DNA of 64,000 nucleotides from Catajapyx aquilonaris (Eukaryota): NCBI GenBank assembly GCA_000934665.2, contig KZ538257.1, positions 1 to 64,000 of the forward strand, read 5' to 3'. Shown piece by piece: positions 61,002 to 64,000 of this stretch (position 1 is its first letter; each line of letters starts with the position of its first letter). The notes under the pieces were generated by a model. It saw only the letters and a program-made list of their open reading frames with translations, ran no database searches and was not told where the DNA came from. The position numbers and the translations under genes were made by a program.

Positions 61002-64000
61002 ATGTTACTACATTACAAGGTATTGTGGTACTGCTTGATCATGAGCTGTTCACTCCATCAACTAGCTCATGTACTATTAATTAACTAATTAGACAATTAA
61101 ACTTAATTATTAAACCTATTTATAATTTATTTCCTATTTGTTATTATTAATTACTTTATTATTTATTTACGATTGACTTACGAGTATGTAGGTACACCAG
61201 AAATGAATTGTAGGGCCTACAATTCATTTCTGGTGTACCTACAATTTATTTATAATTTACAATTTATTTATTAAAATTTATTTATAATTTACAATTTATT
61301 TATTAAAATTTATTTATAATTTACAATTTATTTATTAAAATTTATTAATTAAAAATTTATTTATTATATCCATTTATTTATTATTCACTTACAATAATTT
61401 ATTGTTGTATTTATTTACAATTAATTATTTACAATTAACTGTAATTAATTAATTAAGTGTAAATAATTATTCTTTACAATTAATTATTTACACTTAATTA
61501 GTTAATTAAAATCAATCAATCAATTATTTATTTACACTTAATTAGTTACAGTTTATTTATTTGCAGTTTATTATTTATTTGCAATATTATTTATTTACAA
61601 TAACTATACTCGTAATTCGTTTATTGATTTTAAATATTGTTTACTATGTCCTTATTGCGGCTTGTCTGGCTTGCTGGAGTGACCAATGCATAGAATCTTC
61701 CCTGGTTGGCCTGCGGACCGCAGTCCAGGAGTGAGATAAACAACAGTCAAAACAAGTGGAAACAACACATTAATTTGCTTATCAGTATTGCTTATCTCGC
61801 TCCAGCAACTATACATACAGTAGAAGCAACAATCAAGCTAATTTGCCGGATTGGACAATCCATAATAAATAATTATCTCAAATATGCGTGAAAGATGGTC
61901 CATATCATTATCCACTGGAAGCAGAAGGTCTCTCCAAAGCAATTTATCAAAGCCGGCCAATTATCCGTGCGTTAATAAAAACTGTAATTTGGATGCAAGG
62001 TCTTGCAATGCTGCATCCCCATGAACAAGGTTGGTGTCTTCATCCTTGAAGCCGCAACTGTGCATAACAAGTATGCATGCTGGGTTGCATTCTCAAGGAT
62101 ACAGAACTTGCAAACTTATTAATGGTGCCATTAGTCATAACGCATGGACCCGGATGTTTATGACAACTCCGAAGTTGTAGGATTCATGCTACAGTGATTG
62201 AACTTTGACACTTCTTGAATTTTTTTTGTAAAACTATTTTCAGTGGGTAGCGGTTGTGTTGGTGCTGTCCATCGGGTTCATCGACGTACACAGCGGAACT
62301 TCGCAGGAAGACGGAGGAGCCAGTACTAGCACCAGTATGTGCTACGGCGGCTAAGTTGACGGAGACGATTGGTGTTGACACGAATCGTCTTCGCCAACAT
62401 GGCCACCGCAGTAACCACATTTATCTCCTACGCTCGAAGCATTAGGCCCAAACGAGCCGGAACTGACAAATATGCCAGTATTGGAGTCTTCTACAACGGC
62501 TACCTATAATTTCCCAGCAGGCAGTGGTTTTGACCCGCAGCCTGATTACGGTAAAGGGGGCACCAGCAGCAGCGGAGGTACGGACCGCGGAAGGGACCGA
62601 GGGTACGACCGGGGCGGAGGTACGGACCGAGGGTACGACAGGGGACCGTACGACAAGGGCAGCGGAGGTCAGCAGCCGGATAGGGGTTACGACCGGGGAG
62701 GTACACCAGGACGAGGTGGCAAGTACTTGAGCACGTGAATGCAGCATGTGTACTGCATGTGTATGTGAGCACGTGGGGACTTGTACTTGTTGCAGGTGGG
62801 GATCATCGTTGCGTCATTACAGGTTGGGTTCACACCAGAGACAGAGGTGACCCGTGGTCGCAAGGACGACGAAGAGGTACAGTACCAGATCAGGGGGGGT
62901 CACATACGTACCCAATTATTTGGAAATGTTCATTTCTCCATCTTTGTGTGCAAAAGGCAGACGTGTAGGAAGGGTTGCATAGTGTTTAGGCCCGTTACAG
63001 GTATGCTAGTAACGAGAAGTCGTCAGGTACCGTACAAGTAAGTATAGTTCATATAAGCATGTGCACACTGGCACATGCACATTTAGAGTTGATGTTGATT
63101 TAATTTCATCACATATTCGCACTTTAAAGCAGTTAGAGCAGTTGCATGGTACCGTACTTTCCTTTCAGACAATGCTTCAATAACCCCGAATGACCTCTGG
63201 TATTTTCCACCAGGTGTTCGACCTCCGTATGATGCCGGCCGAGGAGGTTACGACAAAGGGAATTCAGGTAATCCGTCAACATCCGGTTGACCTTTGCAGT
63301 GGAGAAACCAACGTTTGCTAACTGCTTCAGGTGGTGGTGGCAACCGTGGTTGGAACTATGGAGACAACCGAGGCAGCAACGATCCGTTCGGCAGAGGTGA
63401 CCGCGGTTCAGGCAGAGGTTACGACCCATTTGACCGGGGAGACCGCGGAGATCGCGGATACGGTCAAGGGTCAAACAAAGGCGACTGGGGACGAGGCGGA
63501 GGCGGAAGTTACGCCGGGGCTAACTCTGGAGGTGGCGGAACTTACGATTTGTACGGATGTAGACCAGGAGCAACCTCTGGAGGTTACGACCGACCATTAG
63601 GAGGATCAGGAGGTTTCGATCGACCGTTAGGAGGATCAGGAGGTTACGATCGACCGTTAGGAGGATCAGGAGGTTACGATCGACCGTTAGGAGGATCAGG
63701 AGGTTACGACCGGCCATTAGGAGGATCAGGAGGATACGGAGGATCTGGTGGTTATGGAGGTTCCGGTGGTTACGGAGGATCTGGAGGTTACGGTGGCGGA
63801 GGATATCCGGGAGGAGGAGGTTACGGTGGTGGTAGAGGGGGTGGACCTTATGGGGGAGGTGGTGGTAGTTATGGAGGAGGCTACGGAGGCTCCGGCGGAT
63901 CATGGAGTTCAGGCAATTACAAAGGTAATTAGATGCAATGAGTCACCATAGGATAGGTTATCACTGCGGTTACTTTTCAGGTAGCAGTAGTGGCTATGGC
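61002..64000 (+). CDS. Secreted Gly/Arg/Asp/Tyr-rich repetitive protein D (resilin-like low-complexity); 3' end outside the window
   Basis: Exons 61002-61019 (MLLHYK), 62244-62334 (WVAVVLVLSIGFIDVHSG..), 62521-~62718, ~62796-62876 (middle exons uncertain), 63214-63267, 63331-63924, 63981->64000. DRGYDRG and GGYDRPLGGS repeats. Confidence 0.75.
61188..61242. repeat. 55-bp near-perfect palindrome (27-bp arms, 1-nt spacer) followed by an AT-rich minisatellite to ~61600
   Basis: gtaggtacaccagaaatgaattgtagg-g-cctacaattcatttctggtgtacctac; then 32-bp units tacaatttatttattaaaatttatttataatt. Confidence 0.85.
63579..63728 (+). repeat. Coding 30-bp tandem repeat x5 (GGYDRPLGGS)
   Basis: ggaggttacgaYcgaccRttaggaggatca units. 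Confidence 0.9.

Noticed and set aside
61830..62090. Minus-strand interrupted reading frame (MHSCGFKDEDTNLVHG..*LAGFDKLLWRDLL..) in gene D intron 1
   Set aside because: May be a decayed TE or gene fragment, but it cannot be assigned without a database search.

Overview
Eukaryotic genomic DNA with compact genes and many 55-90 bp GT-AG introns. It is most likely an arthropod (ABCH transporter, MADF-BESS factor, DRE promoter motifs); the taxon cannot be narrowed further from sequence alone. All gene models were spliced by hand. Gene order: Cu/Zn-SOD exon 1 (-, runs off the left edge) head-to-head with SHPRH (+); a candidate small orphan spliced gene (-) head-to-head with TFIIA-gamma (+); a two-exon, 51-aa secreted precursor ending NNFLRFG-stop, i.e. 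an FLRFamide-type peptide missed by the ORF track (-); a ~1078-aa acidic repeat-rich orphan protein (-); two tandem class I SAM O-methyltransferases (+); an ABCH half-transporter (+); CutC (-) divergent from an F-box/LRR gene (+); a MADF-BESS gene (-); then four TATA-driven, signal-peptide, Gly/Tyr-rich micro-exon genes (+), the last running off the right edge. Introns and intergenic DNA hold many non-autonomous DNA elements (TTAA-flanked foldback, hAT, AATT-, TA- and 3-bp-TSD MITEs, Helitron 3' ends) and a tRNA-derived SINE. There is no prokaryotic system, CRISPR array or intact transposase. The best novelty candidates are the minimal single-copy FLRFamide precursor and the Gly-rich micro-exon cluster.
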